Position numbers and translations under genes: made by a program
Notes under the pieces: generated by a model
The model's database searches: none
What the model was told of the DNA's origin: nothing
What the model saw: the letters and a program-made list of their open reading frames with translations, nothing else
Origin: Octopus sinensis
Lineage: Eukaryota
Assembly: GCF_006345805.1 (NCBI RefSeq)
Contig: NC_043000.1
Location: 144,956,001 to 145,020,000 of the forward strand
Direction of reading: 5' to 3'
Length of the DNA: 64,000 nt
In this document: positions 39,035 through 51,951 of the stretch, piece by piece
Numbering within the stretch: the stretch's first letter is position 1
Layout: every line of letters starts with the position of its first letter

Positions 39035-40235
39035 TACTGTGGTCATCACGATGTCGTGCCACCTTTTCTTGTTCTCTACCCCATGGACAGCTGAGAATAA
39101 AGACAATCCTGTGGCTGCGATGTCTTTCAGCCAAGAAATGGGTGGACTGTTTCTTTTACGTCTGCCGTTCACTTTGCCAGTTATGATCTTTCGCTCAAGT
39201 CCATCCCGGCATGTGACGTGGCCAAAGAATCATAGTTTCCGCTTGATGATATTTCGCCGAAGCGTCATCTCGCAACAGACCATTTCTAGTACCCAGTTGT
39301 TCGTCCTTCTCTCCGCCCACGACACCTTAAGGACTCTGCGGCAACACCATATTTCAAAGGCGCTTACTCTTTTCTCGTCAACTTTCAACACTGTCTAAAC
39401 TCGCATCGGTACATCGCAATAGAGACAGCGGCAACCTGAAGTAGCCTTATCTTCAGCAGCATTGACACGCCACGACTCTTCCAGTCGTTCTCCATATCTT
39501 GTACCGCTTGCCTCGCAATAGCGAGCCTTCTCCGTATCTCTGATGTGCTTCATCCTCTGGTGCTGATTGTGGATCCCAAGTACACAAAATCATCTACTTC
39601 TTGAATAATCGTTTCGTCTACAGTGAAATCACCTTGGCCTGTTCTGTACTTATCCACAACCAAGATCTTTGTTTTCTTTACATTCAGGAATAGGTCACTT
39701 TGTGCTCTCATGTTTTTCACTTTGCGTATCATCTGCAGCAATTCGTCCTTATGAGACGATGACACAACCCTTATGAGGGTTGTGTCATCGGCGTATCTCC
39801 GATTGCACAGCCTTTCTCCACCAATCTGTACACCACCTTCGTAGTTCTCCTTCACCGCTCTTATGATGTTTTCTGCATAGATGTTGTACAGATATGGAGA
39901 CATAACACATCCCTGTCGGACACCCCTCTCAATGCCGAACCACTCAGCGTCACTGATGTACGTCCTGAGAGATGACTGTTGATCTTGATATAGTCACGCC
40001 AACAGTGCGACTAATTGTTCAGGAAATCCCATGTCCTTCATTACGTCCCACAGCTTGCTGTGTCTCACACAGTCAAAGGCCTTAGAGTAGTCGATGAAAC
40101 ACACGTAAAGTGGGATGTTATATTCCTTAAACTCCAAAATCATCATCCTGATGTTGACTATCTATTCCTTTGTTCCTCTGCCCTTGACGAAGCCGGCTTT
40201 TTCCTCAGCGATAACACTAATATATTTCCGATGTT
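39035..40235 (-). mobile_element. RTE-clade LINE (BovB-like), RT and 3' end
   Basis: CFIDYSKAFDCVRH, GVRQGCVMSPYLYNIYAE, RYADDTTL, FVYLGSTIS, and a C-terminal FGHVTCRDGLERKII.G.VNGRR.R. Confidence 0.9.
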
Positions 40236-40259
40236 GGGAATTGCTACACTGCTACAGAT

Positions 40260-42240
40260 ATAGTGATTAGAAGTCATACTTTTGGCGTGATGGTCACTGA
40301 CAACAGTATCTGGCCTGTTAAACTTGACCACACTATCTGTTTGTATTGGCGTACTACAGATTCTGACAGGTATTATAATTTTTCTATGATCTTTTCTGGG
40401 ATTACCTCTACCATTTCGTTTCTGATTTCATTCTAGAGTGCAGCACGGCTTGTATTATATTCAAGTCCCAGCTCTGTCATAATTTTGGATGTATTCATTT
40501 GGCCAGGACTGATCAAACTGAGAACATATGTTTGATTTTTTTCTTCCCCATAACTACATTTTCTGAAGTTATTGCATCTTTCTTCATTACGCGTTTATGG
40601 TGGTTTCTATGTGCCTCAATTAAAAACCCTTCAGCTTTTGCTTTGGGCCGAAATCCTCAATCACTGTTGAGATTTTATTTTGACTATTTCTTTACTCTTT
40701 AGCGTATCCCAGTATTTGCTAGGTAACGTCTTCTTTTGTCATCGTCTTTTTATGGTGTGCTGTACTGCAAGCTTTTGCCTAGATCTTAGTTGCTTTACAG
40801 CTTTTGATGTTTCTTCTCTTTCTTCATAATTTCAAGTATTATGCACTTTTCATTATATTTACATTTGACGGATATAATGATATAAATAATGTACATAATT
40901 CCTCATCTCTTAAATATAGAACTATATTTCCATTCTATGTTTTGACTTTCTTGAGGACAGAAAACCGTTTTGTTTTTGTTTGCTTACATTTGTGGCTATT
41001 TGTATGCGTTCTTGGTTCTGACTTTTCTGTAGTCCTATCGTGGATATCTTGTAACAACTTTCTAGCAGAGTAATGCCTCAATCAACTTCAGTTCGTTGTG
41101 TATATAAACCTTACTCTGTCAGAACCTTGGAAACTGTATTCTAAATTCAGTCATATTTCTCTTTTCTTGTCTAGTTTAACTTTTTCATTTAGTGTTCAGT
41201 TAAGAATATGGTAACTGCAACTTATAACTAGGACAACAAAAATGCTGATAATATAAAAATATTATCTTACCGTTCGTATCAATCTCTGTGGAAAGTATGA
41301 ATCTAATCCGTCTATGATATTCCTTCCTCATCAATAATTTCATTTGGCTACGTTGTACCGTTATCTAGTTCATTGATTCTTAAATATATATATACCTGTG
41401 GATTTGGTCTATTCCTTTTCTTCTTTATTTAGTGTGAAAATGTTGTTCTCAATTCGTTTTCCTCTTTTGAAGGTTCCTTCAGCCCATTTATCTAAGCTCA
41501 GTTCCATTTTTATTTATTTCATAAATTCATGCACTATCTCTAGCAGTGTCTCCAGTTTTTTTATCATTTGCAGCATATAGCTTGAAATAATACATACACA
41601 AGATATGGTTGATGTTTTAGCACAGAGCTTGTATTCATGTCCGGTTGTGTTTAAAGGCATGTCGATTGGATGCATTAGTTCAAAACAGAAAAAGGTGCGA
41701 TGAGAGCTAGTCTCCGTGGAGTAATCACTTTCTAAAGAAGGGCGGCGAGCTGGCAGAAACGTTAGCACGCCGGGCGAAATGCGTAGCCGTATTTCGTCTG
41801 TCGTTACGTTGTGAGTTCAAATTCCGCCGAGGTCGACTTTGCCTTTCATCCTTTCGGGGTCCATAAATTAAGTACCACTTACGCACTTGGGTCGATGTAA
41901 TCGACTTAATCCGTTTGTCTGTCCTTGTTTGTCCCCTCTACGTTTAGCCCCTTCTGGGTAATAAAGAAATAACTTTCTAAAGAAGATGACTTTAGCTTTT
42001 ATAATTCCCTCTTTTATCCGTAGCTGTAGAACACTTTGACATTTATCCATGTCAATATTTTATAAATTTTATGACTTGATACTACTACCTTGCTCATGAC
42101 TAGTGTTTCTACAATCCAAATATGAGGAATCCTGACAAAAGCCTTCAGGTAATCCACCCAATCCATTCTTAGAGCATTTATTTTTTCGGTTGTCTTCAAT
42201 CATGGCTTTGTTGATAAATAACTGATGTTTACGGACATAC
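40260..42240 (-). mobile_element. R4/NeSL-like LINE RT relic, heavily decayed, interrupted by a SINE
   Basis: WVDYLKAFVRIPHIWI (42014-42199), LETLLEIVHEF..LDKWA..TFKRGK, and GLY..R..GITLLE..YKISTIGL. Confidence 0.7.
41741..41971 (+). mobile_element. tRNA-derived SINE with a 14-bp TSD
   Basis: ACTTTCTAAAGAAG at 41727-41740 and 41972-41985. Confidence 0.93.
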
Positions 42241-42295
42241 CCGCTCGCAGCAATCCCTAATAGAATCTTCTAGATGTCTGCCAATTTTCTGTGAT

Positions 42296-42320
42296 TTATT
42301 ATTATTATTATTATTATTAT

Positions 42321-42373
<53 letters not shown>

Positions 42374-42650
42374 TTACTACTATTACTATTACTATTACTA
42401 CTATTAATATTACTATTGTTATTATTATTATTACTACTACTACTACTACTACTACAACTACTACCACTACTATTACTATTACTATTATTATTATTATCAT
42501 TATTATTATTACTACTACTACTACAACTACTACTACTACTACTATTACTACTATTACTATTACTATTACTACTATTACTATTACTATTACTATTATTATT
42601 ACTACTACTACTACTACTACTACAACTACTGCTACTACTATTACTATTAC

Positions 42651-42693
<43 letters not shown>

Positions 42694-42716
42694 TTATTAT
42701 TATTATTATTATTATT
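42296..42716 (+). repeat. Compound (ATT/ACT)n microsatellite
   Basis: Direct reading. Confidence 0.96.
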
Positions 42717-42840
42717 TGCTAATGCGCTAGTTTTGAAATTGGTAATTTTTAAGTATAGAAGAAAGAGAATAATATCGCACGGGATTAAAATTGACCAGCT
42801 TATTTTCTTGAATGTTATTTTATCACATTTCCATTGTAAG

Positions 42841-42896
<56 letters not shown>

Positions 42897-43274
42897 TTGT
42901 GTATTTTAAAGTGTATCGTTTTGTATATGTGTAGATGTTTGCATAGTTATTTATTGTTTCTTTTTTTTTATATGCAAACATTTCAGATTCTATTACATTG
43001 AAAATATTGATATGATGTTGTGCTAAAAATAATCAAGAAAAAAGATCGCCTATTACAAACAAAATAAAAGGATGATAAAAGGAAATACTATCAAAATTGT
43101 ATTTATTTTATATTTCATGTTATTTACTTTAAAATGTATTCCCGCCGGGTTTCATGACAGCAATATCACATTAATATTTTGATAGAGAAATATTAAAATA
43201 TGTAAAATGAAAAACCAAAAAACTTTATGAATTAAAATTTCATAATCTTAGGTAAAAAAAAAACAACAACAACA

Positions 43275-44130
43275 ATGTTATGTGGCACTGTAAAGCTGCT
43301 GGTAATGTTGATGATATCGTTGCTTTTAGATAAAGCTAACGTTGTCATTGACAACGATGGGAATGCTGAGGACGTTTTAACAAATGAAAGTGGATAGTCC
43401 GTACGTACACATATCATATCGCATTTACAGATTTAGGAATTTATTGTGATGCAGCCAATTTCATTTTGTGGAAAAGAAGGATATTTGTGAAATGAATGTG
43501 AAGCGAAATCCAAATTTATATCGCAGAACCACTTGAACAATTTATGTTGTTATCAGGCAGTTTTACACCACAAGAAATACGATTTAGATTTTAACTTACA
43601 ACCACCACTATTTGTGTCTAAATATGTTTCACTTAAGAAGGAGATATGTTGTGATGGTCACATCCCATACTAGGCTGATTGGAAGGTAATATATGAAAAA
43701 AACATCCTTTAGTAAATTTTGCCATGAAGTGCGATCCTCCTAACAGCATTATGGTCCCTTCATTAAATCAAAACACTGAGCTCTATGTCATTTATCTATT
43801 GACAGCAAGCCAAACAATAAGTCAGAATTGGGTCTCTGGATACGTGATCCCACCGAAAACAGTCCATTGATCCCCTACCTTAAGACGACGTTGCTTTCAT
43901 ATATCTCCATGCAAGATATTGATATGATACACAAAACTTTTCATGTGAATAACGCAAGCCATATGCATAAACCTTGTCTGAGTAATAGGAGCCAATACTA
44001 AAAAAACATTATTCCCCGAGACATGTGATTTCTTATTAGACGGAAAATAATCACTTATATAAACCGCTTAAAGATAGTGAGTAAACTGAAATTTGTACTT
44101 TTAGAGTCAAAAGGAAATTCGGATTCTCCC
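43275..44130 (+). pseudogene. Possible decayed LRR-receptor N-terminus
   Basis: ATG 43275 opens MLCGTVKLLVMLMISLLLDKANVV (signal-peptide-like; stop at 43395). Later frames give CDPPNSIMVPSLNQNTELYVI and SKLKFVLLESKGN. Confidence 0.27.
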
Positions 44131-44437
44131 ATTAAAACCAAAAGGAGGAGAGAGAAACCAAGCAATAGAAGACATACTAAGAATCCTAGAGCCTTCTAGA
44201 AGTTTGCAAATGATTCTGCCTGAGTGCACTGCAAGGTAGGGCCATGGTTTGAATAAATGATTCCCTGACACAAGGTACCGTTATGATAAAGGTAATACTA
44301 AATAGTTGAATTCCAAAATGTTTTCACTTTTCTGGTTAGAATATACGCCAGAACGAAAGCCTGATGAGAATTTCCACTCCACAGATCTACACGGAAAGAA
44401 GTAACAATCGATTACATGGACGTAAAGGGAGAAGGTG

Positions 44438-44495
<58 letters not shown>

Positions 44496-44759
44496 TGCAT
44501 AAAATGAACTTTAAGTCAACAATGGGCCCAGATGTATTTGGGTTCTTCATTAAATACATACAAGAAAACTACCCACAAACCACTACAAATATACCTTCAG
44601 AATTATTTTACATGTGGGAAGCTGCTTCCGAAAATGATAGGAGAAACTATATTATACACCGTCAATAAGGGAGGATTCAGAGTAGATGACATAAATTAAG
44701 AACTATATGGCTGACTACATATGTTAGCAAAGCCATGGGATGCATTCTCAGAAGGTGAC

Positions 44760-45330
44760 TGATCACACACCTAGAAGTAAGTAGCTTGCTCACAAATACG
44801 CAACGTTGCTTCACACAACAAGTACTGCTCAGTGATGTAGTACTGAATAAATAGGTCAACCACTCAAAAATGGATGTGATTTATATTGACTTTTGCCAAG
44901 ATCTTATGACAAAGCAGATAATAGGAAGATATATCGAAACCTCAATGACATTTGTATAACTAGAAAACTAAAGGAATAGTTGCATGACATTTTCATATAA
45001 AGAAATCACAGAGCAGATGTTAATTGCAAATTCTGAGTAAAAAATAGTTCCCAGTGCAGTCGTCCAGATAAATGTAATGGGATCACTACTATTTGTAGCG
45101 GCACTGTCACTTGCCTAAAATCATATTGTCAGTCATCCTCATCAGCTATGCATGAAAATATTGAAACTAGTAAAGAGCCTTCACGACACTGAAATCTCAG
45201 AGAAACCTCAATAAAATATAGAAATGAGATGCTGAAACTAATACGTAGTCCGATGCTGGAATGCTTCGAGTACGCTAATACAGGCAGAATACATCACAAG
45301 GAGGTGATATCTCAGAGTAACGGTTGGTAA
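44760..45330 (+). mobile_element. CR1-like RT relic, heavily decayed
   Basis: MDVIYIDFCQD (DVIYLDFAKAFD-like) and a VPS..VQ.N.MG.LLF remnant. Confidence 0.55.
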
Positions 45331-45424
45331 CATGGTAAAACAGAAGGGCAGAGAGGCAAAATTTCATGTGTGCATCACAAACTTGGCAACACTGTGCACG
45401 TACGTGGCTGGTTGGATTCTGAAG

Positions 45425-45790
45425 TAATTCTTCTTCTTAGCACTCCGTCGGTTACGACGACGAGGGTTCCGGTTGATCCGATTCAACGGAACAGCCTGCT
45501 CGTGAAATTAACGTGTAAGTGGCTGAGCACTCCACAGACACGTGTACCCTGAACGTAGTTCTCGGGGATATTCAGCGTGACACAGAGAGTGACAAGGCCG
45601 GCCCTTTGAAATACAGGTACAACAGAAACAGGAAGTAAGAGTGAGAGAAAGTTGTGGTGAAAGAGTACAGCAGGGATCACCACCATCCCCTGCCTGAGCT
45701 CGTGGAGCTTTAGGTGTTTTCGCTCAATAAACACTCACAACGCTCGGTCTGGGAATCGAAATCGTGATCCTACGACCGCGAGTTCGCATA
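45425..45790 (-). mobile_element. tRNA-derived SINE (third family)
   Basis: Minus-strand head ACTCGCGGTCGTAGGATCACGATTTCGATTCCCAGACCG with a B-box, followed by a GC-richer body and tail. Confidence 0.75.
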
Positions 45791-45861
45791 CATACATACA
45801 TACATACATACATACATACATACAAATACACACATAGAAGTATATATATTTATATTTTAGG

Positions 45862-46459
45862 ATCGTCGTGTCTTTTTTTCGGGGCAAAGGAACACACGCA
45901 TAGTGAAATCTTGCGTTGTGCACCGGATCTTATTCTGTTTCCAAAAGTTCCGGATTTTTTAATATCTTTGAATAAATGAAGATACGGTAGAAAATGGAAT
46001 ACAAAGGCTCTCTGATATTTTCCTGTAACTTTACCTGATTTCCACTGTTCAATAATTAAGTTTTTCACTGAATTTGTGAGCTCTTTACTTTTTGCCATTA
46101 TTACGATACTACTTTATGTTGTCTCAATGCTAACTGAAGAAACTAGTGTTTTGACACTTAAAAATGACAACTGATAAGATTATTGGAACAAACGAGAAAG
46201 TTCTAGTAAAAAAAATATTTTAACAGTATTTTGTGGCATAGAAAATCATAAATTTATTCTGAACGAATACTTTTTTCAATCCTAAGTATTTATAATTGTA
46301 TATAAATTCCTTAGTTACTATAATTTATTACTTTCTTTTGGATATTCTTAGTTTATGCATACGTACACATATATAGCATTAGTATATCCCATTTATGTTC
46401 ATTAGAAATTAAATAAATAAAGAATTTTGACGTGTACGAATATTTATCCCCCCACTGTA
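45862..46459 (-). mobile_element. Tc1-like transposon 5' fragment (left TIR plus paired-domain N-terminus)
   Basis: TA-CAGTGGGGGGATAAATATTCG end at 46459; MAKSKELTNSVKNLIIEQWKSG..KKSGTFGNRIRSGAQRKIS from 46098. Confidence 0.85.
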
Positions 46460-47729
46460 TATATGTATAACATATTATATATTAATTCCATATATGTAAT
46501 ATATAATATATTATTATTAACTAACTAACTAACTAACATATACATATACGTAATATATATTATATTTATATCATATTATATATACATACATAAGTGATAA
46601 AAGAGAGATTCAACTCGTCTCGGGTTCATCCCAGTGCGTGAGATTAATAAACTCTATGTTGACGAAATATCAGCTTCCATTACTCTGGGATTAAATCCGA
46701 GGTAAGTTGTATTATCTTTTAACTTTTGTAGAGGGAGATATCCAAGACGACATCTCACAGTAAATTCTGTGTATAAGTAAAACACGAAATCTGGTAAAAC
46801 GTATATATATATGAGTATGTGTGTGTGTGTGCGTATGTGTGTGTGCGTATGTGTGTGTGTGTATGTGTGCATGTGTGTGTGTGTGTGGTCGCACTCTGAG
46901 GTTGTGTGCGTATGTGAGGGCACACTCTGTGGTTGGTCGTCTCGGTATTGATTCTGCGTTGGAGAATTGGATTGCTAATGTTATACGGTCATACGTGTTA
47001 CTGTGATATGCTGTTACACACACAAACACACACACACACAGAAATATTTTCACATATTTACATGCTTTATATACAAATATATATATATATATATATATAT
47101 AGATACCCCTCTTATCTAGGTAACAAACTTGGGATTCAGATGTACACCAACAACTGCACTAGGTGCCACTGTATTGTATGAAAGATCCTGCCCTCCTCAT
47201 CTAACATACTGTGCCCTCTATCGACTATGGTTTGAAAGAACTGCACATCTTCAACAAACTCAGATGTGTTTAAGGTGTAGATTCGGATGTTTGTGAAAGG
47301 ATATTTAGACAAATCTGTTTGTTATTATTTGAAACAACGAAATGTTACATCTTACGAACTCCCTACTACGCCAAATAAATTTCTCGAAAAGAAGCGAAGC
47401 ATGACCACAGATTTTCTCTGAAACCATCAAAGCACACAAATCTACATAAAAGCGCACACACAAACACACGCACGCACACACGCATACATACGCATGCACA
47501 CACGCGTACACACATACACATATACGTGTGTGACTGTATGTATATATATACTTGTACATGTATGTGCGTGGGTGAGTTTCGTCTGATAGTCTACAATTAT
47601 GAACTATAACTATGTTGTTTTACTTAATATTGTTTACGGACATCCTATGAGGTTCCGAAATGTTACCAACGTACGACCTTTTGAAAAAATCTTGTTTCAA
47701 TTCGCGTGACACAAAATTTCGTTTCAATT

Positions 47730-48570
47730 TACGGAATGCATATGTATACGACGGGATAACGAAAAGAACAGGGATGTTGCCATATTATTTTATTCACTTG
47801 AAGAAATAGACTTGCTGAGTGATACCCAGCATGACTCTCGATCAGACAGGGACTGCCTGATCCATCTGACTGGGTGTTGAGGCAGTTATTAAAAAAATGT
47901 GGACGTAAAATACGTTGACTTTGCAAAAGCACTTGAAAAGTGAATCATGGTATGTTATACCACAAACAGCTTGATCTCGGCATAGCTGGAAAACTTAGAG
48001 AGTGGTTACATGACTTTCTAAAAGTTAGAAGACAGGCAGTAGTTGCGAATGGAGCCACCTCAATGAAAACATGAATATTAAACGGCGTTCCACTGGGCAC
48101 AATCTTAGGACCACTGCTTTTCATATTGGCCCCCATAGTTATACCCTCAATTACCCGGATAGCTACCCTTTTTAGCTACGCAGATGATACGAAAGTCTCG
48201 AAGAATATACAGAACCCCAGTGATGTTGCACATCTGCAGTAGGAGTGGGACTCAATTTACAAATGGGCTTGGGACAATAATATGCAGTGTAATGCTGAAA
48301 AATTCAAAGCCCTGCGCTTCCAGAATCCAAAGTGGATATAAAAATTACAGGGTGCACTAGTCCACTGGGGATTACAATTCCAGAGCCTAAATTAGTGAGG
48401 GACCCGGGTTTCGACATGAGGGATGATACCTGTTTCCAAGTGCACATTACCAGGATGCTCACAAATTGTAGACGACTAGCTGGAGGAATCCTGAGAACGT
48501 TCAGAGCGAGAGAGAAGGAAACCATGATAGTCTTCTGGAGGACATTCGTCGGCTTTCTATCTACTCCCCA
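47730..48570 (+). mobile_element. CR1-like LINE RT fragment
   Basis: GVPLGTILGPLLF, SYADDTKV, WAWDNNMQCN.EKFKAL, GILRTF. Confidence 0.87.
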
Positions 48571-48574
48571 TTTC

Positions 48575-49074
48575 GAGCAATCAACGACATTATGAGTCCT
48601 TGAAGACAGTTGTTATCAAAAGTACCAAATAAAATTTTTGATTTATGAAGGATCAGAGTTAGGAACAAAAACAGGGCCGTGGAGACATACAGGAAAACCG
48701 AAGGAAAACAAACATGGAGGGTCGTTAGACTTAATTGCGAAGAAAAATAGTGAACATTGTGAGAAGTACTTTCTTTGAAAAGAGAAAGGATAGAAGACGT
48801 CCAGTTACTAGAACGTCCCTGCAGGAAAGAAATATGTTCACGTGAGAAAGGGAAAGATGGACGATGGTCACGCGTGAGCAACGAGAGAGAGAAGAGAAAG
48901 AGTAGGAGAGAGAGTTGAACAGATAAAGATGAGAGGGAGAAAAGGGAATTTGAGAGGATAGAAGAGAAAACCGTATAGAGTAGAGTCACGTAAAAAATGT
49001 TAAGATACAATTAGTTGCAAATGGATGCGTACTGTTCAATTAAATAATAATATAAATGCATGTATGTGTATATA

Positions 49075-49108
<34 letters not shown>

Positions 49109-49111
49109 CAT

Positions 49112-49198
<87 letters not shown>

Positions 49199-49326
49199 GT
49201 ATGTATGTATGTATGTATATATATACACATACATGCATTTATATTATTATTTAATTGAACAGTACGCATCCATTTGCAACTAATTGTATCTTAACATTTT
49301 TTACGTGACTCTACTCTATACGGTTT

Positions 49327-49327
<1 letters not shown>
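48575..49327. mobile_element. PLE-related repeat fragment ending in a 361-bp palindrome
   Basis: 48967-49327 is a fold-back with ~105 bp of unique arm and a mirrored microsatellite centre. GCTCACGCGTGACC..CCATCTTTC at ~48855-48880 (-) recurs at 63930-63960 (+). The PLE link is inference. Confidence 0.65.
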
Positions 49328-49399
<72 letters not shown>

Positions 49400-49532
49400 C
49401 TCTCCATTATATTTATAAATGTTTATGTACTTATTTTTCCTTGCATGATTTTAACATTCATATATGTTTTTATATTTGTATATCTCTATATTTTGAGTGT
49501 ATTTTTCTATGTTTTAGAAAATTCCTTTTATT

Positions 49533-49740
49533 AAGTCCGTGCAGCACGGACTTTTGTCAGTGAACAGGTCCCCGGTCTCAAAGCGACGAAAATATTTTGA
49601 AAAATTCAATCTAAATATTGAAGTCAATCTAATGGATTTTGTGTTTCGTAAATGGCTTATAAACACATTCCATGCTGCAATGGTTTTCGTTCCAGCACAC
49701 GATCTCAGATCAGGTCACTTGCTACGCAAGTACATCTCTG
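49533..49740 (+). mobile_element. Second copy of the ~200-nt retrozyme-like repeat, with a 10-bp 5' fold-back and a TSD
   Basis: AAGTCCGTGC-a-GCACGGACTT at 49533-49553; flanks TCCTTTTATT (49523) and TCCTTATATT (49741). Confidence 0.85.
49553..49604 (+). ncRNA. G3:C8 variant hammerhead-like motif, partly decayed
   Basis: TTTGTCA-GTGAACA-G-GTC...GAC-GAAA-ATATT-T-TGAAAAA. Confidence 0.58.
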
Positions 49741-50152
49741 TCCTTATATTATTATTATTATTATTATTTATTATTATTATTTATTATTATTATTATTATT
49801 ATTATATTATTATTATTATTATTATTTATTATTATTATATTATTATATTATTATTATTATTATTATTTATTATTATTATTATTATTATATTATTATTATT
49901 ATTATTATTATATTATTATTATTATATATGCTTTTGTGCAAAATTTTTTTTATAGACGGCGTCGAATATACAATCGTGTAAATAATATCAATATAGAGAT
50001 ATACAAATATAAAATCATATATGAATGTTAAAATCATGCCATGAATAGGAAAGCCGTCTTTTTCTGTCGAGGGCTTATATGCCCCTTTATTACACTATTT
50101 TGCTTCGTCATATGCACGGTAATTACTATAAGCTTGAAGCTTATATAAAATC

Positions 50153-50164
<12 letters not shown>

Positions 50165-50186
<22 letters not shown>

Positions 50187-50365
50187 CGGAGAATACACAA
50201 AAGAACAAAAGACGAAGACAGGTGGTGTAGAGAACAAACAGATATGTTAGTTTAACGCTCGGTAATTGAAAATGTCTTTAAAGTTTCAAGCCTACGCTCT
50301 TCTACAGAATGGAACATAGAAAGAAGCATGGAGAGAAAATAAAAGTATGTGTAGTGGCTAGCGAT
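50165..50365 (-). mobile_element. PLE pLTR-like fragment with a degenerate hammerhead
   Basis: Minus strand CTGTAGA-A-GAGC gtag GCTT-GAAAC at ~50278-50307. Confidence 0.4.
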
Positions 50366-50375
50366 CTATCATGGC

Positions 50376-50389
<14 letters not shown>

Positions 50390-50466
<77 letters not shown>

Positions 50467-51914
50467 TCACTCTGAAAAATACAGGTATTTTTTTCCAAAC
50501 GGAGGAGAAAATTAAGACGAAAACAAGTAATTCAAACGCAATCTTAACGTACCCACAATAATTGACTTTGTTTCGAACGACTAATTCTGTTCTACCCTTC
50601 CGGTGTATATGATTTGAAAGAAATATGTGCAATGAAGGAAGGAGAAATTGTACACAAAATGAAAGCATTAATCATGTCAAACTCACAGCAAGATAAATTA
50701 AAAGTAAAACGAAATTACCAAATGTTTCGTATATGTTTTAATATGCTTCTTGCTGTTCAGGAATTATGAACTCTCATAAATATGTCACATTTGTTATTTA
50801 ATGATACCACTTGTTTTACCTTGTCTTGGGATTCACTCCAAGTTGTCTGAAACTGACATTATACTGGAGATTGCTGAAGCTGTTCTTTCTATTTTTAATT
50901 GTCAATTTGCTTTCTAACTGTTTGTCATTTATATTGATGTTTTTTAAAAATTTTCTTTCGATAATTTTGCACTTTTTGTACTTTTTCCCTTTCAAATATT
51001 ATTTATTCCATATGGCTCTCATAATTTTTGCTGTCACATTCTTTTTTCTAGATCAAATTTTAATGTCTTCATATCGCACTGTAATTCAACCACTCCTACA
51101 TAAATTTGTTTCTACCTCTCTCTTATTTAATGCCTCTCCAGGCTATTTCTGCATATTCTATGCAATGTATTGACGCTTACATCCTTTCCTCCACTGGTCA
51201 TTAACAGCAATGCCATTTTGGCATTTGATGTTTCATCATTTTTACTAAGCACCTGACGCACTATTTGCTATAATTTTCTTTTAATTAAGATTAATTTGAC
51301 TAAAATATCAAAAACAACATTATGAATTATTTCCTTTATAAGATGCTTAAAATCATTGGTTAACTGAGACAAAACAGACTATTGGAACAGCCACGTGATA
51401 TGTTGTAACAGCTATTTTCGATACGTGTTGTCTAGGGTATTACTGATTTTTAATTCAGTATTGTCCGTATTCATTGACACTTCTTCCCGTTTGAGGCTTC
51501 ATGGCGGTTAATAATAATCTGAGTATGATTGAAGTTAATATTATGGCGAGATACTTTTCTTTGCTTCGTGTTGTAGACCTTTAGTCAATATGAACTTATA
51601 AATTTGCTTAGATCTTTCTCATTTACACACATATTTGTGACATTACAGGCCTTGGTTTTGAAAGGATTGAGCTGTTACTCAAGATATTCTTTGTAATATA
51701 TATTATAGACTTTTGGCAGCATAATTCTGTTGAATATTTTGTCGCAAAAATGGCAAAGACTTCATTCTGTTAGAAATACCAAAAAGTGTCATAAACTTTT
51801 CAACTGAAAACATGATTGTAAGTGAAAATTTCATCTGCAGAAAATATGCTGTCCTCTTCATCAAGCTCAATTTTCTATAATTGCTTGAAGTTAGATATAT
51901 ATATATATATATAT

Positions 51915-51951
<37 letters not shown>

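Noticed and set aside
44350-44400. CTGATGAG near GAAA
   Set aside because: No stem pairing is compatible with any HHR topology.
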